A DNA stretch of 64,000 nucleotides from Octopus vulgaris (Eukaryota), in NCBI GenBank assembly GCA_951406725.2, contig OX597814.1, positions 209,250,001 to 209,314,000 on the forward strand, read 5' to 3'. Shown piece by piece: positions 39,207 to 53,397 of this stretch; within the stretch, counting starts at the first letter, position 1, and every line of letters starts with the position of its first letter. The position numbers and the translations under genes are program-made. The notes below the pieces were generated by a model. The model made no database searches and was not told the origin of the DNA. It saw only the letters and a program-made list of their open reading frames with translations.

Positions 39207-39302
39207 ATCCTCTTACGGCCGTTTCAGGGGTACATTAATCCATAGATGTTAAGAATGTTTTCATTCCGAAAATTGGAAACTACCTCCTTCGTCAGAGCGG
39301 AT
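39207..39302 (-). ncRNA. Type I hammerhead ribozyme motif in a Penelope-like pLTR
   Basis: Minus strand: atccgct-CTGACGA-AGGAGGTA...TACCCCT-GAAA-CGGCCG-TA^agaggat. Palindromic stem III ACGGCCGT; stem I 6 of 7 paired. Confidence 0.8.
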
Positions 39303-39519
39303 CTTATTCAGGATTTGATATTTCGTGCTATATTGTACTGGGTAAAATGAGATTTAGTTGTATAACAGTTGTTAGCAGGAGGATGAAATGTTATAACAGG
39401 AGTTATGAGAAATGCGATTTAGGGAGTGTTATAAATGTTAAGCGGGTATTAATTGGTCAATTATGAAGTTACAGGATGGCAGGAGTATAGGGTTAATCGA
39501 AATATAGATAATTAAACAT

Positions 39520-39800
39520 GAAATGGTTAATTTCTTTAGGTTTATCAAAATATTCAAATATTGAAAATATCTATGGTAATAGGAAAATATAGCCTCCGAG
39601 AACTTATTCAATGATGTAGTCCCATATCGGCGAAGGATATTCATGGAGTCTTTAATATACAATTTACATACACGCGTAATTGTATTGTATGGGGGTGCTT
39701 CTGCTATTACTGACCAAGATAATGAGTATTGTATATTAATTTTTCAGTTCAAGTTCTTGTATATAAGAAGCTAGCGTTGTAGAAGATTTATATTTTGCGT
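39520..39800 (-). pseudogene. Penelope-like element GIY-YIG endonuclease C-terminal remnant
   Basis: STTLASYIQEL / YSLSWSVIAEAPPYNTITRVCKLYIKDSMNIL...LNKFSEAIFSYYH fits the PLE pattern W.I...A.PY....C.LC..EK..I...LN.RSE....CRH. Confidence 0.72.
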
Positions 39801-39802
39801 TA

Positions 39803-39912
39803 CTATATATATATACACATTACATACATAAATAAAAGGACAGTCATATATCAGAAAAAAAACTACTCATCAATTACCTGTTATACCTCTGTTGGAAATC
39901 TATATCTTCATC

Positions 39913-39994
<82 letters not shown>

Positions 39995-40081
39995 TACATA
40001 CATAAATAAAAGGACAGTCATATAACAGAAAAAAACTACTCATCAATTACCTGTTATACCTCTGTTGGAAATCTATATCTT

Positions 40082-40090
<9 letters not shown>
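39803..40090. repeat. ~105-bp direct duplication separated by (TA)n
   Basis: cacattacatacataaataaaaggacagtc...ctatatcttcatcat at ~39816 and ~39988. Confidence 0.95.
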
Positions 40091-40139
<49 letters not shown>

Positions 40140-40529
40140 CGGCCAGATCGACAGTCTCTATTACACTTGCATTTCTAATCTTGTCTGCTTTTGGCTATGC
40201 TTAATTCATTCTCTATGACTGCAGTCTTCTAGAACTATTTTCGTTTATTTTATAGAATCGTCTTTAAAAAAAAAATTCAAACTGGGCATTAAAAGTATTC
40301 ACCTTAACCATCAGTTTAAAAGAACCATTAAAATCTACGAACATTCTAGAAAAACATATCTCTCTTTAAAATTCTGTGTTACATGGATTATAGACAGTAG
40401 CTAGCTGACTATACATTTTACAGCGTCAACATTTCAAGAATTATTATTTTTTTTATCTATATAGTTATGTACATGGTTATGTATACGAGGTTATATTGTT
40501 TTACGTAAAAGGTTAATATAGATTTGAAT

Positions 40530-40870
40530 TCAAAGTTGGTGATTGTTCAGCTGTATCATGGCAATGGTGACACTGCAACAGCAGAAAATGCACGTTTATA
40601 CGAAGTGCCATAGCTTTCGTAATATTTTTTTTTTCCAATTTATGTACCATATCGAGCTTGATTAAACACTTTGAAGAAAATTAAAAGCCATCATAAAAGC
40701 CACTCAGCTGGACGACCTTCACTTGAAGATGATAGAATTATTGTTGTGAAAGAATCATTAGAAATACTACAAAGTGAAAGTCCATTTTGACATGACAGCA
40801 CCTCATAAATTTCACTTAATACAAGGATTCCATAATGAAGTATTTGCAAGAATTTTGCATTATGACGATT
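40530..40870 (+). pseudogene. Possible Tc1/mariner-superfamily transposase N-terminal HTH remnant
   Basis: Frameshifted TISSLIKHFEEN / SAGRPSLEDDRIIVVKESL / ISLNTRIP. Confidence 0.45.
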
Positions 40871-42037
40871 ATGCAAAACAACAACAACAACAACAACATA
40901 TTTAAAAAAGAAAAAAACAAACAACAAACAACAGCAACAGAAAAAAAGATAATGGAAAAAATTTTTTTTGTAACTGAAACAATGTTTTTTTTCATTTTTT
41001 TTTTTTAACTGAAAGGAATACATTTTCAAAAAATTGAACTTTACAACGCTGTTCAAAATTTAGAATGCTGCGCAGTATAGATTACAGAAGGAAAGATAGA
41101 ATATTAATAGACTATTTATTATAATAACATAATCAACCCATTGTCGTTGCTTTGATTTTAGTAAATTATGAAGAGTTGAATATTTTGTGGACAATGATAA
41201 GAAGCAAATTAAAAATTGTAATCATATCAGCTTGCTCTGAATATTTGTCACTATGTCTATCTATAGACTGTGACAAACATACATACCGCATAGTGTGGAG
41301 TGTCCTTGGGAACAAAGTTTTCTAATACTAGTACTTACATTTTTCTTTTTACTGTTGTTGTGTCACAGGTATTATTGTCTTCATTTTGTATGTATTATAT
41401 TTAAAATATATTGATATTAAGTTATTCAAGCTATCCTATTTGCATTACTCTTTTCTAATGCAGTGTCTCTTTCTCAAAATATATCCTGTCTTATCAGTTC
41501 TACGTTCAACATTTGTATATTTTCTTCCCCTACTACATCTTTCTTTTTTCTCTTAATAATATTCTAATTTTAATGTGGTGGCGTAAGAACTCAACATAAA
41601 AATAAGAGGCGAACAAATATTTGTACATCGATTATCTCTTGTCTTCTATTGTAAACAACCAGGACACTTCAATTAAATCACCGGTAGCTATGCATATGCC
41701 TTTCTACATAAAATCGCACAGGCGCATACACACAAGAATATGTATATGTACATATACATAAATATATGTAAATGTACACACACACACACACACATATATA
41801 TAGGTACATATATGTCTGTCTGCGAGTGTGTGTATACGTATATGAGCTTCCTAGGTCTCAAATTGCATGCATAAATGTATAAATGTTGTGTGTGTGTGTG
41901 TGTGTATATATACGTACATACATAGACAATACAGCTGTATATATATATATATATATATATATATGTAAATATATACATGTATATATATATAAATGTATGT
42001 ATATGTATTTGCATATATGTTTGTAAATATACGTATT

Positions 42038-42075
<38 letters not shown>

Positions 42076-42426
42076 CATATAGATATATGCATATATGTAT
42101 AATGTCTATCTCTAAACAATACAAAGATTAAAACCCAAATAAAAACAACAGCAATGAGCTCATACCCCACTCCCCATACACATATACACGTTCATAGTTA
42201 CACCTAAATTTCAATTCCCCGAATATAGCCTCATAAATATGCATCAACACTCGCACAAATGTATATTAATACCTATTCATATTCAAACGCGTACATTTTA
42301 TCTGATAGAGTTTCCTACCCTCTATCTATGCTCCTTCTCTCTCTCCGTATCTGTGTTTCCCTACGAACACACATAGATACATACATACGTACATACATAC
42401 ATACATACATACATACATACATACAT

Positions 42427-42477
<51 letters not shown>

Positions 42478-42602
42478 CACGCAAAGACACACATACGGAA
42501 AGACACACACACGGATATATATATACCTACAATCATGTGGGAAATATTATCATGGAAAATGCTTTTGCACAACTTTTGGATAGACTGTGGTAATGAAACA
42601 TA

Positions 42603-42671
<69 letters not shown>

Positions 42672-42717
42672 ATTATATATATATGTCTGTTTGTATATAT
42701 ATAGAAATGAATGTTTG

Positions 42718-42773
<56 letters not shown>

Positions 42774-42847
42774 CACATATATATATGTAATTATATGTAT
42801 ATGTCTGTTTGTACGTATATACGTAGAAATGAATGTTTGTATGTATG

Positions 42848-42900
<53 letters not shown>

Positions 42901-44647
42901 GGCTGAATAAAGTATACAATATATTGAGACTAAAAAAAGGAATACTTAGAGAGATGCGGAGAGTGCGAAATATCGGAAGGGTGGGAACAACGGAGAGTTG
43001 GTTTATGAGTGAGAACTAAAAGATACTTGATTTCTAGGTAAGTGACTAGAACCATAGTAAGGGGCTAAGTAAATTAAGAGAAGGACCGTATTCGATTTGT
43101 TGAAGGCATGATTATATTGAGTTGACCAAAAAGTCCGTTCGGTTTTTGCCGACGTTAAACTACAAGCACTCTAATGAATTGTTGAATTGACAGACGTCCA
43201 AGAATATGTAAAAATTCACCCGGAAGGAAGGGATGTATCCACAAGATGTGACGCAAAACGGTTGAATATTTCGTTTTGTGTCTAAACCCAATGCTTTTAA
43301 AGAATTTGGATGATAATAACTCCATAATGAAATATCACCTACATAAAAGCTAGGAAAGGGGAAAATGATTTTTGTGTAGAAATTTTAAGATAATAGTTAT
43401 TTGGTATACTGCTATTTAAAAACTTAGGAACAATAACGACTAAGAGGTAGTTTCACATTCTTCAAAATCCAGGGTCTCACTATCAGGTGCAGTTGCACCT
43501 GTCAGGCTTCCAGCTATGGGATGTATGTAACGTTGAAATTATGAGATGTGCATTGTGGATGTGAACTATTTCGGCAGATGAACTTTTTGAGTCACTGCAA
43601 CCCCCCCCCCCCCCAAAAAAAAAACATTAGTAGATGCTGAGCAGATGAAAAGATACCAAATTGTCAACGGCTAGGACCAATCGGATCAAATAGCGAATTA
43701 TTTCTAGTATTTGTGGCCTTAACGCAAATGCGATATTGCCACGAGAGAAAAACCAAAGTGACTAAAACCAGAGCCCAGACGTTCATGCCGCATCTCTCGA
43801 TCGTGATATCTGTATGGAAGTGTAGCATTGGTCTGGGTAAGTCGGCTAACCGGTTGATGATGATTATTTAAGGTTTTTGAAGAAAAGGAGTGAATTTAAA
43901 TCTTAAATGCAATTGTAAAAGCGAAATATAGATATAACCAAATGTAAAGAGTAAGGTAAAATATGTTAGATTTGACGGGATTTTGTAGGTGACCTAACAA
44001 AGTAATGTAAAATCGTTCTAATTTCAGTAATGTTGTTAGGTAGCAATTTGTTAATTGAAATATTTGATTAAGTTATAGGCAACGATGCTGTTATATTGTG
44101 AAGGAAGAGTAAAAATCGAAATAGCTAAAGAGAATGAAACTATAATATTTAAATACAACGAGGAAAAATGAAATCTGCTTCTATAAAAATTTTGATGATC
44201 ATGAAAAAATAATTACCATCTGCTATTTCTTCAAATATAAGGAGATCTTATTAGAAAAAAATATTTGAGAATTTACAATGATTAGGGAGAAAGCAGAAGT
44301 ATGAATTCCAGTAGGAAATAAGATAAAAGGAAATTAGGCATTTTAATGAAATATAGGTAACTTAAAATGAATGCATTAAAATGACTAAGAGGTTATTATT
44401 AATTCACTTTATTGCGACACTGAAATTGTGTAATAAAGAATCGCTAACGATGCTGAAGTAATGTAAGATATACAGTAAAAAATAAGCTCAAATATTCTCT
44501 TCGTTAGCTCTAAAGACGATGAAATTGGAAGGAAGTGGACAAAAGTGTTCGTTGGTAGAATCCTCTGTTTGCAAAAGTAACAGGCTTCCGATATTTAAGT
44601 GATTTAAATATTTCGCAGCATTTTGCAGAACGGAGTTCTATGTATGC

Positions 44648-44680
<33 letters not shown>

Positions 44681-44726
44681 TGTATGTATGTATGTATGTA
44701 TGTATGTATGTATGTATGTATGCATC

Positions 44727-44811
<85 letters not shown>

Positions 44812-44824
44812 TCTTTTTTTCGAT

Positions 44825-45582
44825 ATTTCAATATTGACGATAGACTCAGCCGAGTCGGTTTATCAGCTGAGTCTATCGTTAATATTGTCACGCCTCCTTC
44901 CTTCAAACGGGAAGGAAGAGCTATTTTCATCATCCTTGTGGCTATGGCGAAAGAATGTATCTGGTGGACGCGTCTGAAAGGATTGGAGACAAACACTTTC
45001 CTCTCTGGTCAATCTCTCATCAATTTCTTCAAGTACCACTTGAAAAGGAAAGTGAGAGTAGAGAGGCAAGTTTTGTCTAGCGAATGTTTTTAAAAAGATG
45101 GGTGAATGTAGCAAGGATGGCACGTATGAATGACGAAGCCACCTTGAGCATAATCCTATGAACCCAGAAATTGAAAACAGAGGGTTACCTACTTGCAAAC
45201 AAATGTGGTAACATATAACAATATTGACCAAGGTTACCGTGGTCTTTTTCGTAGGCTTTTCTTCCCACGGATAAACCTTACTTGCTTTCCCCTTTACACC
45301 ATACATCATAACACTGTGATACACGATCCCTATTGATCGTTTCTTTTTCCTCTTCCCCCCCTTTTCTTCTTTTTCATTTCTATTTTCTTTTGTTCCTTTT
45401 TTTATTTTTTTATTTTTTGTTCTTTTTTTCCCTTTTACGATCCCTTTTGATCGAAAACCTACGCCACCTTTTTTTTGTTTCTTTTGTTTTTTTGTTTTTT
45501 GTTTTTTTCATCCCCCAAAAGAAAAGCTCTACCTTGTAACTTGTCCCATCTGTGTGCAGCCCTGTGTGGCCAATAAAGAAAC
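44825..45582 (+). mobile_element. 5'-truncated Tx1/L1-like LINE (ORF2 C-terminus plus 3' UTR) embedded in (TATC)n
   Basis: ILVAMAKECIWWTR (AK..IW..R motif); 3' end gccctgtgtggccaataaagaaa; second copy at 26220. Confidence 0.75.
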
Positions 45583-45639
<57 letters not shown>

Positions 45640-45648
45640 CATCTATCC

Positions 45649-45711
<63 letters not shown>

Positions 45712-46053
45712 CATCTATCTATCTATTTCTGTCTCTCTCTTTCCACAAACACACAGACACACACACAGACACACACACACACCCACGCCTAACTTGTTGC
45801 AAATTTTGAAAACTAGAGAATCTCTTAACTAACATTACCTAAAATATATTTTTCCATTTTATTTCATGCTTCTTTCTATTCTTCAATACATCACATTTGA
45901 TATTATGGTTTAAATTCGCTCTTTTTTCTTCAAACGCTTGAAATAATTTAAATATTAACTATATAATAACAGCAATATTAAAAATTATTAGTATAAAAGA
46001 AATTCTTCCATTTCACTAATTTTTCTGCAGGCGGTGGCATATCTCGACGAATG

Positions 46054-46070
46054 CATTATTATTATTATTA

Positions 46071-46117
<47 letters not shown>

Positions 46118-46208
46118 GTTAATGTTATTGTTATTGTTGTTGTTGTTGTTATTATTATTATTATTATCATTATTATCATCATCATCATTATTATTATTAT
46201 TATTATTA

Positions 46209-46272
<64 letters not shown>

Positions 46273-46298
46273 CATTATTATTATCATCATCATCATCA

Positions 46299-46351
<53 letters not shown>

Positions 46352-46469
46352 GTTATTGTTATTGTTATTGTTGTTGTTGTTGTTATTATTATTATCATTA
46401 TCATCATCATCATCATCATCATTATTATTATTATTATCATCATCATTATTATTATTATTGTTATTGTTA

Positions 46470-46552
<83 letters not shown>
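46054..46552. repeat. (ATT/ATC/GTT)n compound trinucleotide repeat
   Basis: Direct inspection. Confidence 0.95.
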
Positions 46553-47322
46553 GTTTGAATTTAACTTTTTGATCCAGTGTAAACTTTATAAATATCTAAA
46601 ATTAATTGTCTCTCGACATTATTTTTTAAATTAACAAGTTGTAATAGTTCTTGTAGATAATTGAGAAGACGCTTCGCTGAACTGTTATATACGGTTTCCT
46701 CCACTTCGTTACTTCATTTCTTCCTTGCTATAATCTCTTTACACCTATCTTCTTACCCCCCACTAGATATAAGCATTCAAGCATGTTTGCGTGTGTGTGT
46801 ATCTGTCTACCTATTATATATATGTAGATAGGTACATATATAATACACATATAATTATGTATGTATATATGTATATTCATTTATGTACAGCTCTATATAT
46901 ACATATATTCAGGATTAAATAAAAAAACAACAAACGAAAAATATGACATACCTGTATATATATATATATATATATATATAATATGAGGGAATATTATTCC
47001 AAACTTACAGGGAAAAATTGAATTTAGAAATGCTAAATCAAATTTCACAAAATAGAATATATATATATTTATATAAAATTAGAAAAAAACACTTTTTATC
47101 AATTCAATAATGAAAAATTAAATTATACTATTTAGAAAAAATACATATTATAGAAAGATTAGATATAAGATTAAACATATAATAACGATTAAGTAATGTG
47201 CAAAATAATAAAGAAAACGTATATATTTGGTATATATATATACACCCGTATCTCTTTACACTTACCTTTGTCTTTACCTTTACACATATCCTTATTTATA
47301 TGTATATATTTATGTATGAAAA

Positions 47323-47421
<99 letters not shown>

Positions 47422-48677
47422 ACACATATAATTTTATATGCAATACTTATATAATTATGCATATACATAGACGTATATACAAACATACACTCACACACAT
47501 ACGCAAACATATGAATATTCACTCAAACACACACACACACACACGTACACATAGAAACTCACATATACACTTGTATTTCTACGTGCTTACTCCTACATAC
47601 TGAATGCAACGGAAGAAAATCTGAAGGAAAATCTCACTACTCAGACTGAAAGAACCAGAAACTGATATGGAAGGTGTCAAGTTTTTTTGTTTTTTTTACT
47701 TTCCCATTCGCTACTACTGTCCATTAAATCACGATATTGTGGCTGACATACATAACTATCTAAAATTTGGTATTGGGAGAGTTTTTCTTTTACTTTTGTT
47801 TCTAATACTTTAGAAAAAGAAATACATCATATCCTGTTCCATTCTTCGCTATTCGCTTATTTTAGTGATATAAGGAAAATATATAATGAAGAAAGTTAGA
47901 GACGATATTAAGCTGAAACTAGATCTCAAAAAGAAATATGATTTCATTGCAGCTAGCTGTCACTTGCGAGTGAGTGTGGTTTGGTAATTGTTTTAGGTGT
48001 CTATGTCGTTTCCGACAGGCATATATACCCTCGAGGCCCTTTCCTTCTGACCCTGTAGCTCATTAGGACTTTCTGTGTAACAACTAGAGAGAGAAAGAAA
48101 GCCGCACCATCTATCACCAGGTTGGTAATCATTACAGCTGAGTAAAGTGGGGTTACTTGAAGGGAACTGAAAGGACTAGGAACTTTGCCTAACGGATTTT
48201 GCCCTCATGGCCTTATGGTATGAGCCCGACACAACAACGGGTCTACGCAACTCCACAATCAGATTTTAATACATAATGTGTATGTACTTATAGAGACAGA
48301 GAATGAGAGAGTTGGAAAGTAAGAGAATAGGAGAGTGAGAAAGAATGTCTTAGAACGAGTGAATTATTGAGCTAACGTGGAAGTATCTTCGTGATTACCC
48401 TTCACCAAAAAAATAACAAAAGAAAATACCCCCCCCCCCCCAAAAAAAAAATCCCCCCCCAAAACAGAAAGGAAAGCAGTCATATCTCTTTCAAATCCCA
48501 TTCTATCGTTTTAAATAAGGAGATACATATTGGCTGATACAATCTAAAAAAGTGACTACTGGTTTGCTCGATGTGAACGACAACAGCAACAACAACAACA
48601 ATAACAACAATAACAATAACAACAACAACAACAACAACAACAACAATAAGAACAATAACAACAACAATAATAACAAT

Positions 48678-49064
48678 GGAAGCACTCCGTCGGTTCCGAC
48701 GACGAGGGTTCCGGTTGATCCGAATCAACGGAACAGCCTGCTCGTGAAATGAACGTGTAAGTGGCTGAGCACTCCACAGACACGTGTACCCTTAACGTAG
48801 TTCTCGGGGATATTCAGCGTGAAACAGGGAGTGACAAGGCCGGCCCCTTGAAATACAGGTACAACAGAAACAGGAAGTAAGAGTGAGAGAAAGTTGTGGT
48901 GAAAGAGTACAGCAGGGATCACCACCATCCCCTGCCGGAGCCTCGTGGAGCTTTTTTAGGTGTTTTCGCTCAATAAACACTCACAACGCCCGGTCTGGGA
49001 ATCGAAACCGCGATCCTACGACCGCGAGTCCGCTGCCCTAACCACTGGGCGATTGCGCCTCCAC
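48678..49064 (-). mobile_element. tRNA-derived SINE family A, full length
   Basis: Reverse complement of 58551-58915; TSD acaataataacaat inside an (AAC/AAT)n tract. Confidence 0.92.
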
Positions 49065-51384
49065 AATAATAACAATAACAACGTCGAGGTTTAAGCTTCA
49101 GACAATCAGCATTTTTATCTAACCATATACTCGGCTCTGTAGACGATGCTTATGATAATGATAATATCAACATTGCATTATTATCCTCATATTTGTACAG
49201 ACCGATATCATAATCATGATCACCATCGTAACCATGACGATCATTCTAATGACAATAATCATCATAGTCATCTGGTAGCGTTCTCCTCTGAAAGCTAGTA
49301 CTTTCTAAGTTAATTACTTTTAGATCTAGTTTAGTTTGTATAAATAATATTTCAGAGCACTTTGACAATATATTCGTTTGTTTGTTTGTTTGTTTCAGAT
49401 ACGTTTCTGGTTTCCATCTGTCAGTAGTTTCTGAATATCCATTTCAAAGTTATTTTTCAGAAAGTTTTCCATTTTATCTACGTTTGATTTCTTACTTACC
49501 AGAGGGGGAAAACTTCATCAGTATTTGTGAAAATCAAGAATTTTTTACTCTACGATAATGTCCGTTATATTTGCCGTGTTGTGTCCATAACCAGAATCGC
49601 TTATTTATGGCTCTAAATACATTCTGTCCGTGGAAACCAATTACCACAGTTATGTGACTACAGAGCATTATAATTGAGATTGTTTCAGTTTGCAGTTCAT
49701 TAGTTAACAATTAGTTTCATGAAAATTGTATTAAGATGCATTTCGATATCAAGCCAATAACAGATTAATCCCCAGTTCTCTTATTGTTTCCAGTATCTGG
49801 TCTGGTTCATATCACCAGTGATATTAAGTAACCTATACAGATATTGATATTGGACGTTGTGGATTTACAGATTTTAGTGTAGACGTTGTTATCCTCCAGT
49901 TCACTTTTTGTGTATATATTTCGCGTATATAGTCAGGTGATCGAAAACTCGAACGTATTCTAATGAGGTTTATGTACACTAAACATTTAAAATATAGCTT
50001 CCTTTCTCCGTGGATTGATTAACTGGTCAGATTTAGTAAGCTAGCGTAACACACACAAACACACAGGAACTTAAATAGCACATATTTCTCATAATACATT
50101 GCAGGGAAGCAATACCACTAAGTTGAAATCGTATATTTAACCGTGCTTGCATGCAGCGTCCTTTTATAAAGACAGCTTAATATAACACTTCTTTGTCAAT
50201 TTTGTGTTTAGCTCATTTCTCAGTTTGTGTGTATTTTTTCTCTTCGCAGTTTATTTTTCTATAAGGTGTGTGTTTTCTGAGATTTATGTTGTTAGGATGT
50301 TTGCATTTTCTAATGCTTGCATGATTACTGGGCTTGTTTCATATAGACATTGTTTTAACTTCTTTATGTATGAAATTGTAAACCTTTTTGTTGCATTTTC
50401 ATGTTGTAATACTAAGTTGTTTTTAGAGGCTATTTTGGGATGTTAGTGTCTAGACCAACTGTGAATGTTTTTGTAGATTGATGCACCAAGATCAAATAAA
50501 TGGATACAATCATTTAGAAATGAATAGTTTAAATAGCACCAAAAGAAACAAACAGATACCAACAAAAGAAGCAAAAAAAAAAAAAATGCAAAAGATAAAA
50601 TTAGACACAAAATATAAAATGCAACACAACACAACTATACCAACACGAACAAAGGCAAGGTTTAAGATTTAAAACAAGGTGTTGTAAAAGACGACACGAA
50701 TACGTGTTGGTTCTCCACTGTGATCAGAACCACAATGACTTAAAGCAGATAAACAACTAAAGACCCAAAGATCATCGCCAGTATTCTTACACGGCTTTCA
50801 ATTTATTATACAGAAGCTGTGTTTTTATAACAGTGACAGTTTCCAACTTATTTTTAGTATCTCATTCACGCTTTAGAATCAATCTCAGCCAATGGATGTA
50901 TTCAATTCAGTCTTTTTTTTTATTTCATTTTTATTTGATTTGATGTATCTAACTAGCCTGACTAACTGCTACTTCTAGTTCTATATTCTTTAGTTGATTT
51001 CGTCCACCAACTTTATTTATTTTTGACTTGCGGCAAAGTGACTTTGGCGTATTTACGAATAGTAAATTATATAGCAATAAGAGAAATGATTGTTTACGAA
51101 TAGTAACTGTGAAAGAGTACGAACCACCAATTCTCGATTGCGTGTCTAGTACGTTTCCAGTCACCTAAACAAAACCACTATGTCTATGAATGAAACATTC
51201 AAATACAAAATCAAACAAACTTCTTACTTGTATATAGGCACAGTTGGTGGTTATACCTCATCACTCTAATCGAGGAATGTTTCCTTATACTGTGTTCGAA
51301 TCTTTTGACTCCTTTGCAAGATAGGATCAGAATGTACCTCTACCAGTGTGACTTGTCCTACATGAAGGTTTATTATAAGTATTA

Positions 51385-51515
51385 TTTTCTCTCTCTGTTT
51401 ATTTCTGTGTTCCTTTCTGCTGAAGAGCGTAGGCTCGAAACGTAAAAGACTTTCTTACTTCCCGAGCGTTAAACATCTGTTTGTTGTTTACACACTCGTC
51501 TTCGTCTTATATTTT
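51385..51515 (+). mobile_element. Short HHR-bearing element (GAGC-stem family)
   Basis: cttt-CTGCTGA-A-GAGC-GTAG-GCTC-GAAA-CG-TA^aaag; stem I cttt/aaag. Confidence 0.7.
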
Positions 51516-52734
51516 GTATGAAGGAAAACTATACTATTCAATAATTATCAGCTCTGTCTAGAAACACAGCTATAAACTTGGCAAAAGGCTGTTGTGATTC
51601 ATATGCCTTTCTCAAGGACATATGTAAGTTAACTGAATTCAACTAATGAATTAGAAAGCGTGTTCAGAATAAAGCTACTTTTTATTCTAAGTTACTTTTT
51701 ATTTACAGAAGTATTATTCATTTGCTCTTTATCGAAGCTAACTTTAACTTTCAGACAGTAAATAAATTACATTGAGAAGCTATACAACTAATACATTTCG
51801 TATCTTTCTTTCTATTTATTTTTTTACTGTAAAAAGTCATACAATAATTAATTAAAATAAGATTGAAAGAAATTGCATCCTATTTGTTTTCCTGATTAGC
51901 AGAATAGGTATTAATTTGAAGCAACAATATGCAAAACTTGCTCTTACAGGGCCAATAAAACACTCGTAAATATATTCAGGAGGAATTGTTTACAATATAA
52001 TTGTTATTAAGACTAGAAACGACAGACAACAGATTGTCGTTAAAATAATGACAGTTTCTGTTAAACTGGTGGAGCGAGAATTTTTATATAACAGCCGAAA
52101 GCAAAACATCATCAATAATTCACTCGTTCTAAGACATTCTTTCTCACTCTCCTATTCTCTTACTTTCCAACTCTCTCATTCTCTGTCTATATAAGTACAT
52201 ACACATTATGTATTAAAATAAATACTGAAATACACGTTCTCTTTCTCGTCCGCTTCTTCTTCTTCTTTCACTTTATGATTTACACAGACACACATCAAGA
52301 CAGTTTCGAATATCATTATAATATAATGATTTCTGCTGATTAGTTACGAAGCTAACTTTTTTTGGAAAGAGTATAATTTTATCAGTTGTGACAGGATGTT
52401 AATGATACTTTTTTCCACCGGCTGAACACTATTGAAAGGGTCGAACGATATGGGCATGATTTGAACTCGGAACATTCTGAAATGTAGTTACCAAGGTGAT
52501 TTGAAAGGTTAAGTGGATCTCAGCAAGGAACGAATAGAACAAACTACGAAGTGGATAAACCAAGAGATTGGAATCGAGAAAAATGAAATTATGTGATTAT
52601 ATATTGGAAAACATTATTTTATATTTATCTCTCTCATTATGCACACACACACACACACGCGCGCACACACACACACGCACACACACACACACACGCACAC
52701 ACACACACACACACAATCAAAACAAATAAACGAG

Positions 52735-52890
52735 TATTAAAATTAAGAATTAACAAACAAGTGGACGTGCGACGTGCACATGGAATGTATTAGTTTGACG
52801 CTCGGTAATAAGAGGATGTTCCTGACGTTTCGAGCTTGGCTCTTCTTCAGAAAGGAAACCAGAAGAGTCCAAAGAAGGAAGAAAAAACTC
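52735..52890 (-). mobile_element. Short HHR-bearing element (GAGC-stem family) with canonical core
   Basis: Minus strand: ttccttt-CTGAAGA-A-GAGC-CAA-GCTC-GAAA-CG-TC^aggaa; downstream ccgagcgtcaaactaatac; ends near (CA)n. Confidence 0.72.
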
Positions 52891-53023
52891 CAATAGTAGG
52901 TGTGTAGTTACTTACACAGACATGCATACACACATGTATATGTATGTGACAGCAGCCAGATGCGATTTACCGACATTACAATCAATTATCTAGCGTCATA
53001 GAGATTGATGAAGTGCTGACACA

Positions 53024-53067
<44 letters not shown>

Positions 53068-53397
53068 TGTGTAGGCATATTAAGTATATACCAATATGTA
53101 GCTATATCCGTTTGTAGAAACACATATATTTTAGTATGTTTATTCGTATACCATAAGACTTCTGTTGATATCCACTTTCATGTTAGCACTTTGATATCTA
53201 CACTCTTATCTGAATATATTTTGAGCCATGCAGCTGCATATTTTCGCATATTTTTATGTTTTGACTATCAAGACTATAAGTAATTTTTAATAAAGTTACA
53301 TTTGCATCCATTAAAAATAACGTGAATAAATTAATTGACGGTCAATGTTTTCAAAATTAGAATAACGAGATTCACGTTGAAATCGCGCTATAATATT

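Larger units (their letters stand above)
48263..52219. repeat. 108-bp inverted repeat pair (48263-48370 / 52112-52219) ~3.7 kb apart
   Basis: Arms are reverse complements with one visible mismatch. Confidence 0.92.

Noticed and set aside
43113-43150. Lone mariner-like TIR (tattgagttgaccaaaaagtccgttcggttttt)
   Set aside because: No partner TIR or transposase found nearby; too little to call an element.
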